This document shows positions 51,434 to 62,068 of a stretch of 64,000 nucleotides of DNA, piece by piece (within the stretch, counting starts at the first letter, position 1; each line of letters opens with the position of its first letter). A model generated the notes under the pieces. The model saw nothing but the letters and a program-made list of their open reading frames with translations. It was not told where the DNA came from and searched no databases. The position numbers were made by a program, and so were the translations under genes. Source of the stretch: Candidatus Magasanikiibacteriota bacterium (GTDB lineage: Bacteria; Patescibacteriota; Patescibacteriia; Magasanikbacterales; GWA2-37-8); the NCBI GenBank assembly GCA_963802255.1, contig CAWDHY010000001.1, positions 235,842-299,841 of the forward strand, in the 5' to 3' direction.

Positions 51434-52030
51434 TTATTCAAGCACTTTGTCTATCAAACCATACTTCTTTGCGTCGCTGGCTGTCATAAAATTATCTCTG
51501 TCCGTATCTTTTTCCACAGTTGTTATCGGCTGACCCGTAAGCCCGGACAGTATTTTGTTTAGCCGTTCTTTCATTTTTAAGATTCTTTCAGCGTGAATTT
51601 TGATATCACTAGCCTGGCCTTCCATTCCGCCCATTACCTGGTGAATCATTATTTCCGAATTTGGTAAGGCGAATCTTTTGCCTTTTTTTCCTGCCGCCAA
51701 TAATACTGCCGCCATACTCGCCGCCATGCCGATACAAATGGTTGAAACGTCGGACTTCACATATTGGATAGTGTCATAGATAGCCATACCGGCTGTGACA
51801 GAACCACCGGGAGAATTAACATATATCTTAATGTCTTTGTCTGAGTTTTGATTATCTAAAAATAATATCTGAGCAATAATAGTGTTCGCCACGGCGTCGT
51901 CTATCGGTCCGCCTAAAAATACGATTCTGTCCTGAAGCAGACGGGAATAAATGTCATATGAGCGCTCACCAAAGTTTGTTTTTTCAACTACGATGGGAAT
52001 GAGATGTTGGGAAGAGGGATTTTTGTTCAT
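51434..52030 (-). CDS. clpP: ATP-dependent Clp protease proteolytic subunit
   Basis: 198 aa. [30 protein letters not shown] (Ser nucleophile), [13 protein letters not shown] (His), and the D of the triad in [14 protein letters not shown]. Confidence 0.9.
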   Translation of the reverse strand: MNKNPSSQHLIPIVVEKTNFGERSYDIYSRLLQDRIVFLGGPIDDAVANTIIAQILFLDNQNSDKDIKIYVNSPGGSVTAGMAIYDTIQYVKSDVSTICIGMAASMAAVLLAAGKKGKRFALPNSEIMIHQVMGGMEGQASDIKIHAERILKMKERLNKILSGLTGQPITTVEKDTDRDNFMTASDAKKYGLIDKVLE

Positions 52031-52059
52031 ATATTTTGATTTTATGATTTATGTCGCGC

Positions 52060-52134
52060 GTCATGCTGAACTTGTTTCAGCATCTTTACGGCGTCCGATA
52101 GATCCTGAAACAAGTTCAGGATGACAAATGTCAT
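52060..52134. repeat. Near-perfect palindromic element in the clpP upstream region: gtcat-gctgaacttgtttcagc-atct...agat-cctgaaacaagttcagg-atgac, followed by atgacaaatgtcat
   Basis: 15-bp perfect inverted repeat ctgaacttgtttcag / ctgaaacaagttcag separated by 24 nt and flanked by gtcat/atgac. Same architecture as the insertion in the 16S gene (60008-60063). Confidence 0.55.
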
Positions 52135-52140
52135 TATATC

Positions 52141-53106
52141 TTATTTTTTGTTCAGCGTCAAAATGCGTTCAATGACCTCGTCAATCGTGCCGTCGGCGGT
52201 AAAACCGGCCGCTTTTTTATGGCCGCCGCCGCCAAATTTTTTTGCTAAAGCTGAAACATCAATGTCTTCTGCGGTAGTGCGGAAGCTGCCTTTTACTTTT
52301 CCGTCTGTCGTTTCTTTGAGAATGAGTGTAATATCCGCGCCATCAATATTATTCATAAAATTTGCCAGGCCGTCACCGTCATTTTCGGAAAGGTCCGTGT
52401 TTTGAAAATCCGAGAGTTTTAAATATGTGTAAGCCAGGTTCAACTCATCATTTTTCCGCAACCGGCTAAGAGCCGAACCCCAAAGACGCAAAATATTCAT
52501 TGATTTATCTTTTTGAGTAAAGAAGTTTATCATTTTAAAATTAGCGCCAAGACGGACAAGCTCTCCGGCAGTAGCGAGAGAGGATGGGGTGGTGGCGGAG
52601 TTTGTAAAATTATCCGTATCTGTAATCAGGCCGGTAAGAATATTCGTCGCCATATGTCGGCTGACCGGTATGCGGTTTATTTCAAAGTAGCGGTAGAGTA
52701 CTTCAGTGGTTGATGAAGCATTTGTTTTGACCAAATTGAAATGGCCGTAATTTTCATTAGTGGCATGATGGTCGATATTAATAATATACGCCGGATGGTT
52801 TTTAACTATTTTATTAATGCCGGCATACCGAAGGTCGCCTGAATCAAGCACAACAATCGTGTCGATTTTGTAATCGAAAAAGATTGATTCGTCAGTGTGA
52901 ACGAAGGGTGTGTTCGGCAAAAAATTTAATTTCTGACCAATTGGCGTTGAACAAAATATTATGCTTTCACGGCCATTTGCTATTAAATATTCGTTCAAAG
53001 CACAGGCGGAACCCAAAGCATCACCGTCCGGATTTGGGTGAGGGACGATGACCACTTTTCGGGCATTTATAAGATGATTATGGATTTGTTCGGCTTGAAT
53101 TTGCAT
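52141..53106 (-). CDS. DHH-DHHA1 family phosphoesterase (NrnA-like oligoribonuclease / pAp phosphatase)
   Basis: HPNPDGDALGS motif I. DHH motif (INIDHHATN). DHHA1 GGGGHKKAAGF. 321 aa. Confidence 0.75.
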   Translation of the reverse strand: MQIQAEQIHNHLINARKVVIVPHPNPDGDALGSACALNEYLIANGRESIIFCSTPIGQKLNFLPNTPFVHTDESIFFDYKIDTIVVLDSGDLRYAGINKIVKNHPAYIINIDHHATNENYGHFNLVKTNASSTTEVLYRYFEINRIPVSRHMATNILTGLITDTDNFTNSATTPSSLATAGELVRLGANFKMINFFTQKDKSMNILRLWGSALSRLRKNDELNLAYTYLKLSDFQNTDLSENDGDGLANFMNNIDGADITLILKETTDGKVKGSFRTTAEDIDVSALAKKFGGGGHKKAAGFTADGTIDEVIERILTLNKK

Positions 53107-53142
53107 AGCTCTTTTTTCATTGAACCTGGCAGTATATTCCTA

Positions 53143-53173
53143 TTGCCCGTGTCTGTCAAGATGTGATATAATT
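53143..53173 (+). promoter_or_regulatory. Promoter candidate (TTGCCC-19-TGaTATAAT) upstream of smc
   Basis: tgtgatataat extended -10, 24 nt upstream of the ATG at 53197. Confidence 0.3.
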
Positions 53174-53196
53174 ACGTAAAATTACGGTTGTATATT

Positions 53197-56100
53197 ATGT
53201 ATTTGAAACGATTGGAACTTGCGGGTTTCAAATCATTTGCCAAAAAAACAGTAGTTGATTTTTTGCCGCCGAAAGACGGCCGTTTTAGTGTTACGGCAGT
53301 TGTCGGGCCAAACGGGTCAGGCAAATCTAATATTGTTGATGCAATTCGCTGGGTAATGGGCGAACAGAGCATGAAAGCGGTCCGAGGTAAAAAAAGTGAA
53401 GACGTGATATTTAACGGCTCGGAAACAAAAGGCCAAATGGGCGTGGCAGAAGTAGTGATGACGCTTGATAACAGCGACGGTAAAATTTTAAAAGATTATC
53501 CGGAAATTGTTGTTAGCCGCCGTCTGTACCGTTCCGGAGAAAGTGAATATATTATTAATAATAATCAGGTTCGGTTATTTGATATTCATCTGGTGATGGC
53601 GCAAGCGCAATTTGCCGAAGGATCATATGGTATTATCGGACAGGGTATGATTGACCGGATGCTTTTGCTTAGTCCGTCTGAGCGCAAAGATTTTTTGGAT
53701 GAAGCGGCCGGGATAAAGGAATTTAAAATAAAACGTCATCAGGCGGAATTAAAGCTCGGCCGCACAATCGATAATATGGATCAGGCGGAGCGTTTAATGC
53801 AGGAAGTTGAACCGCGTTTGAAAATTCTTCAAAGGCAGGTTCGTAAGTTGGAAAAACGGCAGGTGGTGGAAATGGAACTCCGCGATACGCAGGAAAAATA
53901 TTATTCCACCTTGTATTGGCGCAATAAAAAAGAGCTGGATGAAATTTCGGCTGCGTTAAAATTATCCGATGAGCGGTATGCTGTTTTATACAAGGATCTT
54001 AACGTTGTCCAAAATGAATTGGCGGATTTTTCCCGTTCGGCAAGCAGACAGGAAGTGTTTGCCGATTTGCAAAAAAAACACGAGGAGGCGGTAAGGTCAA
54101 GAAACGAGATAGATCGGCAAGCGGCAATTATTGATGGACAGATGCATGCCGAGTATGGCCGTGAAGGCAAACAGAATATTACTTGGTTGGAAAATAAGTT
54201 TAATGAATTAAATTTTCAGAAAGAAAAATTGGAATCCGATATCAGCTCATTAAACGTTCAGGAAGAAAAGACAAACGAAGATATTTGGAAGCTAAAAAAG
54301 AAAATTGACGACCGGTCGGCCGAGAAAGCGGAGCGCATGGTAAAAATATCAAGACTCCAGAGCGAGATGATTGAAGGGCAATCAGAGCAGAGTTATCTTC
54401 AGGCATCGGGTTTGTCAACGGTAAAAGCGGTGCTTGACGCAAGAACTCAGCTTGGAAAGATTTATGGAGTGGTGGCCGAACTTGGGGAAACAGAAGAAAA
54501 TTATCGCCTGGCATTGGATGTTGCCGCCGGTGGAAATTTGTCTTCAGTGGTTGTTGAGTCAGACGAGGTAGCCAGGGCGTCAATAAATTATTTGCGTGAA
54601 AAACGATTGGGCATAGCCACTTTTTTGCCATTGAACAAAATAGCCGAACGGCCGGAAGACGCGGAAATATCCGTTCTGATTGGCGAGCAGGATGTTGTCG
54701 GGCGGGCAATTGATTTGGTGCGTTTTGATTCTAAATTTGCCAACATTTTTTCCCACGCTCTCGGCAATACTCTTGTTGTTAAAGACTTAAAAGCCGCCCA
54801 GCGCATTGGTATCGGCCGGGTGAGAATGGTTACTTTAGACGGCGACCTGGTTGAAAAGAGGGGTGTGATGAAAGGCGGTTGGCGCCGTGAGCGGTTTAAC
54901 GCCTTAGGTTTTTCCGCAAAGATGGCGCTTGGCGCAGGGAACAGGCTGAAAGACTGCCAGCAGGAATTAACGGTGGAACAGCAGAATCTCCTGGATATTG
55001 AACAGGCGCTAGAAACAGTTAAGCGGGAATTGCAGACGCTTGAAATAAAAAAAGGATCAAGCGTGGCGAAAAGGCAGATGCTTGAAAGTGAAAAACAAAA
55101 CGGGCAAAAGGAGCTTGCCCGGCTTGAACGAGAATTGTCTTTTTTCAAAATGAGTCCGGAAGAATTCGGTGTTAAGTTATCTGAATTAAATCGCGAAAAG
55201 GAAAAGATGGTTCTGGAAATGGAAGTAAAAACGAAAATTGTTGAATCGCTTGAAAAAGACATGCGAGTTTTCAATGAGAGAGAGGAAGAAAAGAAACAGC
55301 GGGTTTTTTCTCTTCAGGAAGAAATGCAAAAAAAGCAAAATGAGCTGAATCAGGTATCTTCAGAACGTAATGATCATAGGGTGCGGTTGGCCAGGCTTGA
55401 AACCCGCGCCGAATCATTGTCTGAAGAAGTGCAAAATGACATGAATGTTTCGCTAGAATCAATTATTGACCGGCGGTCAGACGACACAAGTGCGGAAGAT
55501 GTTGAAAAATTAGCGGCTGAAATACAAAAATTAAAGTACCAATTAAATTTAATCGGCGGAATCGACGAAGAAGTGATCAGCGAATTTGAAACGACAAAAG
55601 AACGCTTCAATTTCTTATTTAATCAATTGACTGATTTACGTCAGGCAACGGATGACTTAACAAAAATGATTGTTGAGCTTGATGATCTGATGAAAACCAA
55701 GCGCGCCACCGCTTTTAGAAATATCAAAAAAGAATTTAATCGGTTCTTTAAAATATTGTTTGATGGAGGAACAGCGGACCTAGTTGAAATGTACGAAGAA
55801 GAAGTAGAAGAAGGTGAAATGTCCGGTGAAATGCCGGTGGAAACAATGGTTGAGACGCCGGTTGAAACCAATCAAAAAAAGAAGAAAAAGGAAAAGATTC
55901 TTGCCGGTATTGAAGTGATTGCCAACCCGCCCGGGAAAAAAATAAAAAGTTTGAATTCTTTATCAGGCGGAGAGCGCACTCTGACTTCAATAGCTCTTAT
56001 CTGCGCCGTATTGAATTATAATCCGTCGCCATTCGTGGTATTAGATGAAGTAGAAGCGGCGCTTGATGAAGCCAACACCGTGCGTTTTACCAAAATTATA

Positions 56101-56256
56101 GAAGAATTGTCACGACATGCTCAGTTTATTCTTATTACTCACAACCGCGTTACCATGCACTCTGTTGACGCTCTTTTTGGCGTCGCTATGGCAGCCGACG
56201 GCGTCTCGCGTCTTTTGAGTGTAAACATGGAAGATGCTCCAGCAATGGCAGATTAG
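53197..56256 (+). CDS. smc: Chromosome segregation protein SMC
   Basis: N-terminal Walker A GPNGSGKSNIVDAIRWV. Long coiled coils. Hinge region. C-terminal signature LSGGERTLTSIAL and Walker B FVVLDEVEAALD. Start taken at the ATG at 53197. Confidence 0.85.
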   Translation: MYLKRLELAGFKSFAKKTVVDFLPPKDGRFSVTAVVGPNGSGKSNIVDAIRWVMGEQSMKAVRGKKSEDVIFNGSETKGQMGVAEVVMTLDNSDGKILKDYPEIVVSRRLYRSGESEYIINNNQVRLFDIHLVMAQAQFAEGSYGIIGQGMIDRMLLLSPSERKDFLDEAAGIKEFKIKRHQAELKLGRTIDNMDQAERLMQEVEPRLKILQRQVRKLEKRQVVEMELRDTQEKYYSTLYWRNKKELDEISAALKLSDERYAVLYKDLNVVQNELADFSRSASRQEVFADLQKKHEEAVRSRNEIDRQAAIIDGQMHAEYGREGKQNITWLENKFNELNFQKEKLESDISSLNVQEEKTNEDIWKLKKKIDDRSAEKAERMVKISRLQSEMIEGQSEQSYLQASGLSTVKAVLDARTQLGKIYGVVAELGETEENYRLALDVAAGGNLSSVVVESDEVARASINYLREKRLGIATFLPLNKIAERPEDAEISVLIGEQDVVGRAIDLVRFDSKFANIFSHALGNTLVVKDLKAAQRIGIGRVRMVTLDGDLVEKRGVMKGGWRRERFNALGFSAKMALGAGNRLKDCQQELTVEQQNLLDIEQALETVKRELQTLEIKKGSSVAKRQMLESEKQNGQKELARLERELSFFKMSPEEFGVKLSELNREKEKMVLEMEVKTKIVESLEKDMRVFNEREEEKKQRVFSLQEEMQKKQNELNQVSSERNDHRVRLARLETRAESLSEEVQNDMNVSLESIIDRRSDDTSAEDVEKLAAEIQKLKYQLNLIGGIDEEVISEFETTKERFNFLFNQLTDLRQATDDLTKMIVELDDLMKTKRATAFRNIKKEFNRFFKILFDGGTADLVEMYEEEVEEGEMSGEMPVETMVETPVETNQKKKKKEKILAGIEVIANPPGKKIKSLNSLSGGERTLTSIALICAVLNYNPSPFVVLDEVEAALDEANTVRFTKIIEELSRHAQFILITHNRVTMHSVDALFGVAMAADGVSRLLSVNMEDAPAMAD

Positions 56257-56369
56257 CGTCTGTTGACAAAAAAGCCCTTATATTGTATATTTATCACGCT
56301 CTCTAAGAGCCCGAGGTCCACGAAACCCGGGTTGAAACAGTCGGTTATATATAAAGATATTGATTATTT

Positions 56370-56954
56370 ATGTTGATTATCCGTTTACAGCGCGTGGGTA
56401 AGAAGAAATTTCCGACCTACCGCATAATTATTTCGGAAAAAACCAAAGATACTCAAGGTACTTATCTTGAGAAACTGGGTACTTTTAATCCGCACATAAA
56501 AGAAAACCAGTTAAATATTGATGCTGAGAAAGTTAAATATTGGATTTCCAAAGGTGCGCAAATGTCAGAAACTGTAAATAATTTATTGGTGGAAAACAAA
56601 ATTATTGAAGGGAAAAAAGCAAAATCTGTTTATTTGTCGAAAAAACGCAAATCAAAATTAGAGGAAAAGGATAAAGCAAAAGTTGAGGCGGCTGCAAAAA
56701 ATAAAGCTGAAGCAGAAGCCAAAGCAAAGGCTGAAGAAGAGGCAAAAGCAGCTGCGGAAGAGGCGGTAAAAGTTGAGGCGGAAATTCCCACTGTGCAAGA
56801 AGAGTCTCCGTCTGAAGTAGTTGTTGAAGAAAAAAGTGAAACTGAAATTCAAGCGCCCGCTGCCGTAGTTGAGGAGCCAAAAGCAGAACCGGCACCGGCT
56901 GAAGAATCAGTCCCCGCTGTGGATGCTCCACCCGCAGAAGATGTAGTGGCTTAA
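56370..56954 (+). CDS. rpsP: 30S ribosomal protein S16 with a ~110-aa K/A/E-rich C-terminal extension
   Basis: N-terminal MLIIRLQRVGKKKFPTYRIIISEKTKD...GTFNPH matches S16. The C-terminal tail is (KAEAEAKAKAEEEAKAAAEE)-like low complexity. Confidence 0.85.
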   Translation: MLIIRLQRVGKKKFPTYRIIISEKTKDTQGTYLEKLGTFNPHIKENQLNIDAEKVKYWISKGAQMSETVNNLLVENKIIEGKKAKSVYLSKKRKSKLEEKDKAKVEAAAKNKAEAEAKAKAEEEAKAAAEEAVKVEAEIPTVQEESPSEVVVEEKSETEIQAPAAVVEEPKAEPAPAEESVPAVDAPPAEDVVA

Positions 56955-57088
56955 TTGGGGGATCTTGACGCACAGATACTTTACTGATATAATTGTACCA
57001 GAATCGTGGTGGCTTGCGCCGGTTTGTCAGTTCTGGCAGACCGCATGTCGAACAAGTTACCCGTTCATTAAAAATTAAGTTAGTCTCT

Positions 57089-57406
57089 ATGAATAGCGAT
57101 CAGCAATTTCTAGAATTCGTCGTTAAAGCGATTGTTAACAATCCGAACGATGTAAAGGTTGAACGCGTGATTGACGAAAGAGGAGTTCTCCTCACTTTGG
57201 ATGTCAATCCGAGTGATATGGGTTATGTGATTGGCAGAAGCGGACAGACCGCCAGATCCATTCGCACTTTGCTCAAAATTGTAGGAGCGAAGAACAATGC
57301 CCGCGTGAATCTGAAGATCAATGAACCTGTCGGCGGACGCGGTCCAAGAACCGCTCGCGCTGAAGAGCCAGTTGATACCAGTGCAGTAGATAATCTGGAT
57401 ATATAA
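57089..57406 (+). CDS. KH-domain RNA-binding protein (YlqC/UPF0109-like) of the rpsP operon
   Basis: VIGRSGQTARSIRTLL GxxG KH loop. Conserved position after rpsP. Start at the ATG at 57089 (MNSDQQFLEF). Confidence 0.7.
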   Translation: MNSDQQFLEFVVKAIVNNPNDVKVERVIDERGVLLTLDVNPSDMGYVIGRSGQTARSIRTLLKIVGAKNNARVNLKINEPVGGRGPRTARAEEPVDTSAVDNLDI

Positions 57407-57412
57407 ATTTTA

Positions 57413-57452
57413 AAAACCACCCCGGCAATTTGTCGGGGTGGTTTTGTATAGT
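57413..57452 (+). terminator. Rho-independent terminator (aaaaaccaccccggcaatttgtcggggtggttttgt)
   Basis: 10-bp stem ccaccccggc/gtcggggtgg with a mismatch, then a T-rich tail. Confidence 0.65.
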
Positions 57453-57686
57453 ATGCTGTGATAAGATATAAAAAAAGAAGCCACCGACTTCGGACGTAAG
57501 GGTGCCGTGGGGGTGGCGGTACCCATACTGGAGGTTGACCGTGTCGGTGGCTAGGCAAAAAAAGAGCTTTTACAAAGGAGAAAACGCACTTCTGTCGTTG
57601 TGCTCGGCCATCGCGGGTTTTTGCCCAATTGACCGCAATGTATATTCACACTAACATGATGCTAATGTTTTGTCAATGTTATTCCT

Positions 57687-58340
57687 ATGAAATTTGATAT
57701 ATTAACTTTATTCCCGGATATTATATATAGCTATTCATCAGAGAGTATTTTAAAGCGCGCTCAAAAAGCCGGCTTGGTGAAAATCGCCGCATATAATTTT
57801 CGTGATTTTACTAAAGACAAACAGCATCATGTTGATGATAGGCCGTATGGTGGCGGTGCCGGAATGGTGCTTCAGATTCAGCCGATATATGATTGTTTAA
57901 AAAAAATTAAAGCCGTTAAAGGAAAAATCAAAAGAACAAAAATTGTAATCATGGATCCGGCCGGTAAAAAATTTGACCAGCGCATGGCCGAAAAATTTTC
58001 AAAATTGGACCGCCTTGTTTTAATCTGCGGACGCTATGAAGGTTTTGATGAGCGTGTTAATAAACTGGTTGATGAAAAAATTTCTGTGGGAGATTATGTA
58101 ATTTCCGGAGGAGAATTGCCTGCCCTAACCATTGTTGAAGCAGTGGCACGATTGATTCCGGGAGTGCTTGGCAATGAAGAATCTTTGTACGAAGAAACTC
58201 ATGGCGGAAAGGATAAAATACTTCGCGAATACCCGCAATACACGCGGCCGGAAAACTTTTTAGGACTGAAAGTTCCTAAGATATTATTATCAGGTGATCA
58301 TGAAGAAATTTTAAAATGGCGAAAAAAACACAGTAAATAA
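57687..58340 (+). CDS. trmD: tRNA (guanine37-N1)-methyltransferase TrmD
   Basis: MKFDILTLFPDI N-terminus. SPOUT knot motifs (LICGRYEGFDERV, GDYVISGGELPALTIVEAVARLIPGVLG). Confidence 0.9.
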   Translation: MKFDILTLFPDIIYSYSSESILKRAQKAGLVKIAAYNFRDFTKDKQHHVDDRPYGGGAGMVLQIQPIYDCLKKIKAVKGKIKRTKIVIMDPAGKKFDQRMAEKFSKLDRLVLICGRYEGFDERVNKLVDEKISVGDYVISGGELPALTIVEAVARLIPGVLGNEESLYEETHGGKDKILREYPQYTRPENFLGLKVPKILLSGDHEEILKWRKKHSK

Positions 58341-58835
58341 GCCAAAAATTAGGTATTTTTTTATTTTTGCGGCGGTTTAGAAGAATGACTTTTACTATCC
58401 ACAGGGCGGTGGATATCGCTAGCTCTTGACAAAAAAAGGCTATTAGTGTATTTTTAACATACTAAAAATTATTGAAACGGTCTTCATCTTTCAAACCAAA
58501 AAATATTTTTTCTAAGTCCGACCGAATGTAAACCGTCTAAGGCGGTGTTCAGGCCGAGAAACTGGAAAGAGAAAAGAGCAAGTCATGTTGGCTTTCTCTT
58601 TTTTCTTTCTTATTAAAATGTTATTCATCATCCACCGATAGGCGGACCAGAATAACAAAAATAGAAAGACGAACTTTGACAACATAAGTGTGACAAAAAC
58701 CACACAAGAATCCCATCAACAGATCCGCTTTGCGGGGATGTTATGGGATATATCGTTTATTCCAAAACAATAACAACTATTATTTCTCCTTTGAAACGCT
58801 TGGCGTTTTTTGGAGAAAACTTCAAATTCTTATTA

Positions 58836-60478
<1,643 letters not shown>

Positions 60479-60594
60479 TGGAGAAACTCTTCGCGAAAGC
60501 GAAGCGATCTCAGTCGAGTTCTGATATAAGATTAATTTCTTATCGGAGCGGAGTAAACGATCAAGGTTTTTGTCACATTTGTGCTGTTAAAAAA

Positions 60595-60627
60595 TTGACC
60601 GCTTTTTGCGGTCAATTTTATTTTTCC
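60595..60627 (+). terminator. Hairpin (ttgaccgctttttgcggtcaa) plus T-run downstream of the 16S
   Basis: 8-bp stem and T-rich tail ~115 nt after the 16S 3' end. Confidence 0.5.
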
Positions 60628-60681
60628 ACATTTTTTACTCTTGATTATTTTTTGATTTTGTTGTATTATTTTTTCACAAAA

Positions 60682-60755
60682 GGGCGGCTAGCTCAGTTGG
60701 TTAGAGCGCCACATTGACATTGTGGAGGTCACAGGTTCGATTCCTGTGTCGCCCA
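60682..60755 (+). tRNA. tRNA-Val (anticodon GAC)
   Basis: Acceptor gggcggc/gtcgccc. D-arm tagctcagttggttagagc. Anticodon arm ccaca-ttGACat-tgtgg. T-arm acaggttcgattcctgt. Discriminator a. No CCA. Confidence 0.8.
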
Positions 60756-60848
60756 CGACGCAAGCGTCGTGATTGGAACACTGGGCGTTCCACTGACATC
60801 GTGAACTTGATAATAATTTATAAAAATGCTATTATTGTTCGCGAATTA

Positions 60849-60996
60849 GGGCAATTAGCTCAGATGGTTAGAGCGCGTCACTGCTAATTGCCAGGGAGTG
60901 ATAAAATGAAAATTTATTTTCATTTTCCACGAGCGCCGCAATTATTCCGCCCGAAGGGACGCTAAGCGTTTCGAAGGGCGGTTAATGACGAGGTCA
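60849..60996 (+). pseudogene. Disrupted partial copy of tRNA-Ile: 5' half identical to the downstream tRNA-Ile, ~110-nt insert, then a taatgacgaggtc fragment, no T-arm
   Basis: gggcaattagctcagatggttagagcgcgtcactg is identical to 61021-61055. The anticodon loop is altered (ctgctaattgcc). A later ggttaatgacgaggtc matches the 3' anticodon stem. The T-arm and acceptor 3' strand are missing. Confidence 0.5.
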
Positions 60997-61020
60997 TGAA
61001 TTTACAACTTATGTAAAAAC

Positions 61021-61095
61021 GGGCAATTAGCTCAGATGGTTAGAGCGCGTCACTGATAATGACGAGGTCGGAGGTTCGATTCCTCCATTGCCCAC
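61021..61095 (+). tRNA. tRNA-Ile (anticodon GAU)
   Basis: Acceptor gggcaat/attgccc. Anticodon arm cgtca-ctGATaa-tgacg. T-arm ggaggttcgattcctcc. Discriminator a. Confidence 0.85.
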
Positions 61096-61130
61096 AAAAC
61101 AACACACCTGGAACAGGTGTGTTGTTTTGT
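61096..61130 (+). terminator. Terminator hairpin (aaaacaacacacctggaacaggtgtgttgttttgt)
   Basis: 12-bp stem and T-run immediately after tRNA-Ile. Confidence 0.7.
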
Positions 61131-61259
61131 ATAGTAGATAATAGATGCGCAGTAAAAATGTCCATCTGCTTATTGTGGTATTGACAAGAAAGTAATTTGG
61201 TGATATTTTAATTTGTCCGGATACAAATAGTGTTCATTCAAAAAAGGAGATTTTTTTCC

Positions 61260-61871
61260 ATGGTTAAACATATAGCGATCTGCCTGATTACCATGTTGCT
61301 TTTCTGTTGGATTGCTTCGGCCGAAGAACGAATTGATTTCGCCCTTGAGACGGGCGTTCCAGACGACTTGCTGATAATTGCTCTGGACAAGAGCATTGAG
61401 CGGCTGGTGAACAAATTTGGAGAAAAACACTGGCTTTATGGCAAGAAAAATAGAGAACGCCATATTATATCCGAGCAGATCCTTACTTCGTCTAAACTTC
61501 ACACTGTGCCTCCGTTTTTGGTGGTAACTGTCATCTATCGGGAAAGCAAATTTAATCCAAAAATGAAGGGTAAAAGAGGGGAGATTGGTCTGATGCAGAC
61601 ACATGGAGTCGCCATTAGTGGCTGTGACCTGTCAACCCCGGAGGGACAGATCGATTGTGGAACAAAATACATTCGCACTTCAATTGACTACTGTGGTGGC
61701 ATATCATTATTGCGGGGACTTGCGGTTTACGCATCCGGCTATTGCGACCCCAATGATGAAGTCAAAAAGAAGATGGAGGACAGGCTGGATATGTACTTGT
61801 CACTTTGGCGAGATGCAAAAAATGATTTGACCGAAGGTCAGTTTTCCGTTGAGTTGGCTGCCAATGATTAA
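61260..61871 (+). CDS. Secreted lytic transglycosylase (SLT domain)
   Basis: Signal peptide (HIAICLITMLLFCWIASA). SLT motifs RESKFNP ... GEIGLMQ ... AYASG. AAGGAG RBS 10 nt before the ATG at 61260. Confidence 0.7.
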   Translation: MVKHIAICLITMLLFCWIASAEERIDFALETGVPDDLLIIALDKSIERLVNKFGEKHWLYGKKNRERHIISEQILTSSKLHTVPPFLVVTVIYRESKFNPKMKGKRGEIGLMQTHGVAISGCDLSTPEGQIDCGTKYIRTSIDYCGGISLLRGLAVYASGYCDPNDEVKKKMEDRLDMYLSLWRDAKNDLTEGQFSVELAAND

Positions 61872-62068
61872 ATCTTTTTTAGCCGATACTGCGTTTGTCT
61901 TGAGGCAATAACCGTGGAAATATATTCCGGCGTGGGTTCTAGCTGTTTTTGGCTAGTTCTTGCGCCGGAATTTTGTATTTCGCCATCCTTGCCAAAGGCG
62001 AAAAAGTAGTGTATATTGGTATAAGTGAAAAAATGAAATTTTCTATTTTTTTAGCACAATACAATACT

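Noticed and set aside
52121-52405. 94-aa + strand ORF 52121-52405 and ORF 52513-52713
   Set aside because: They are antisense to the DHH/DHHA1 phosphoesterase gene, which has clear DHH and GGGH motifs.
58512-58703. 63-aa ORF upstream of the 16S gene
   Set aside because: It sits in the rRNA leader/promoter region, has no RBS and is on the opposite strand. It is more likely non-coding.
60884-60996. Group I intron in the tRNA-Ile anticodon loop, as in the Azoarcus pre-tRNA-Ile
   Set aside because: The insert is only ~110 nt. It lacks recognisable P4-P6 or P3-P7 cores, and the downstream exon (T-arm and acceptor) is missing. It is more likely a disrupted duplicate.
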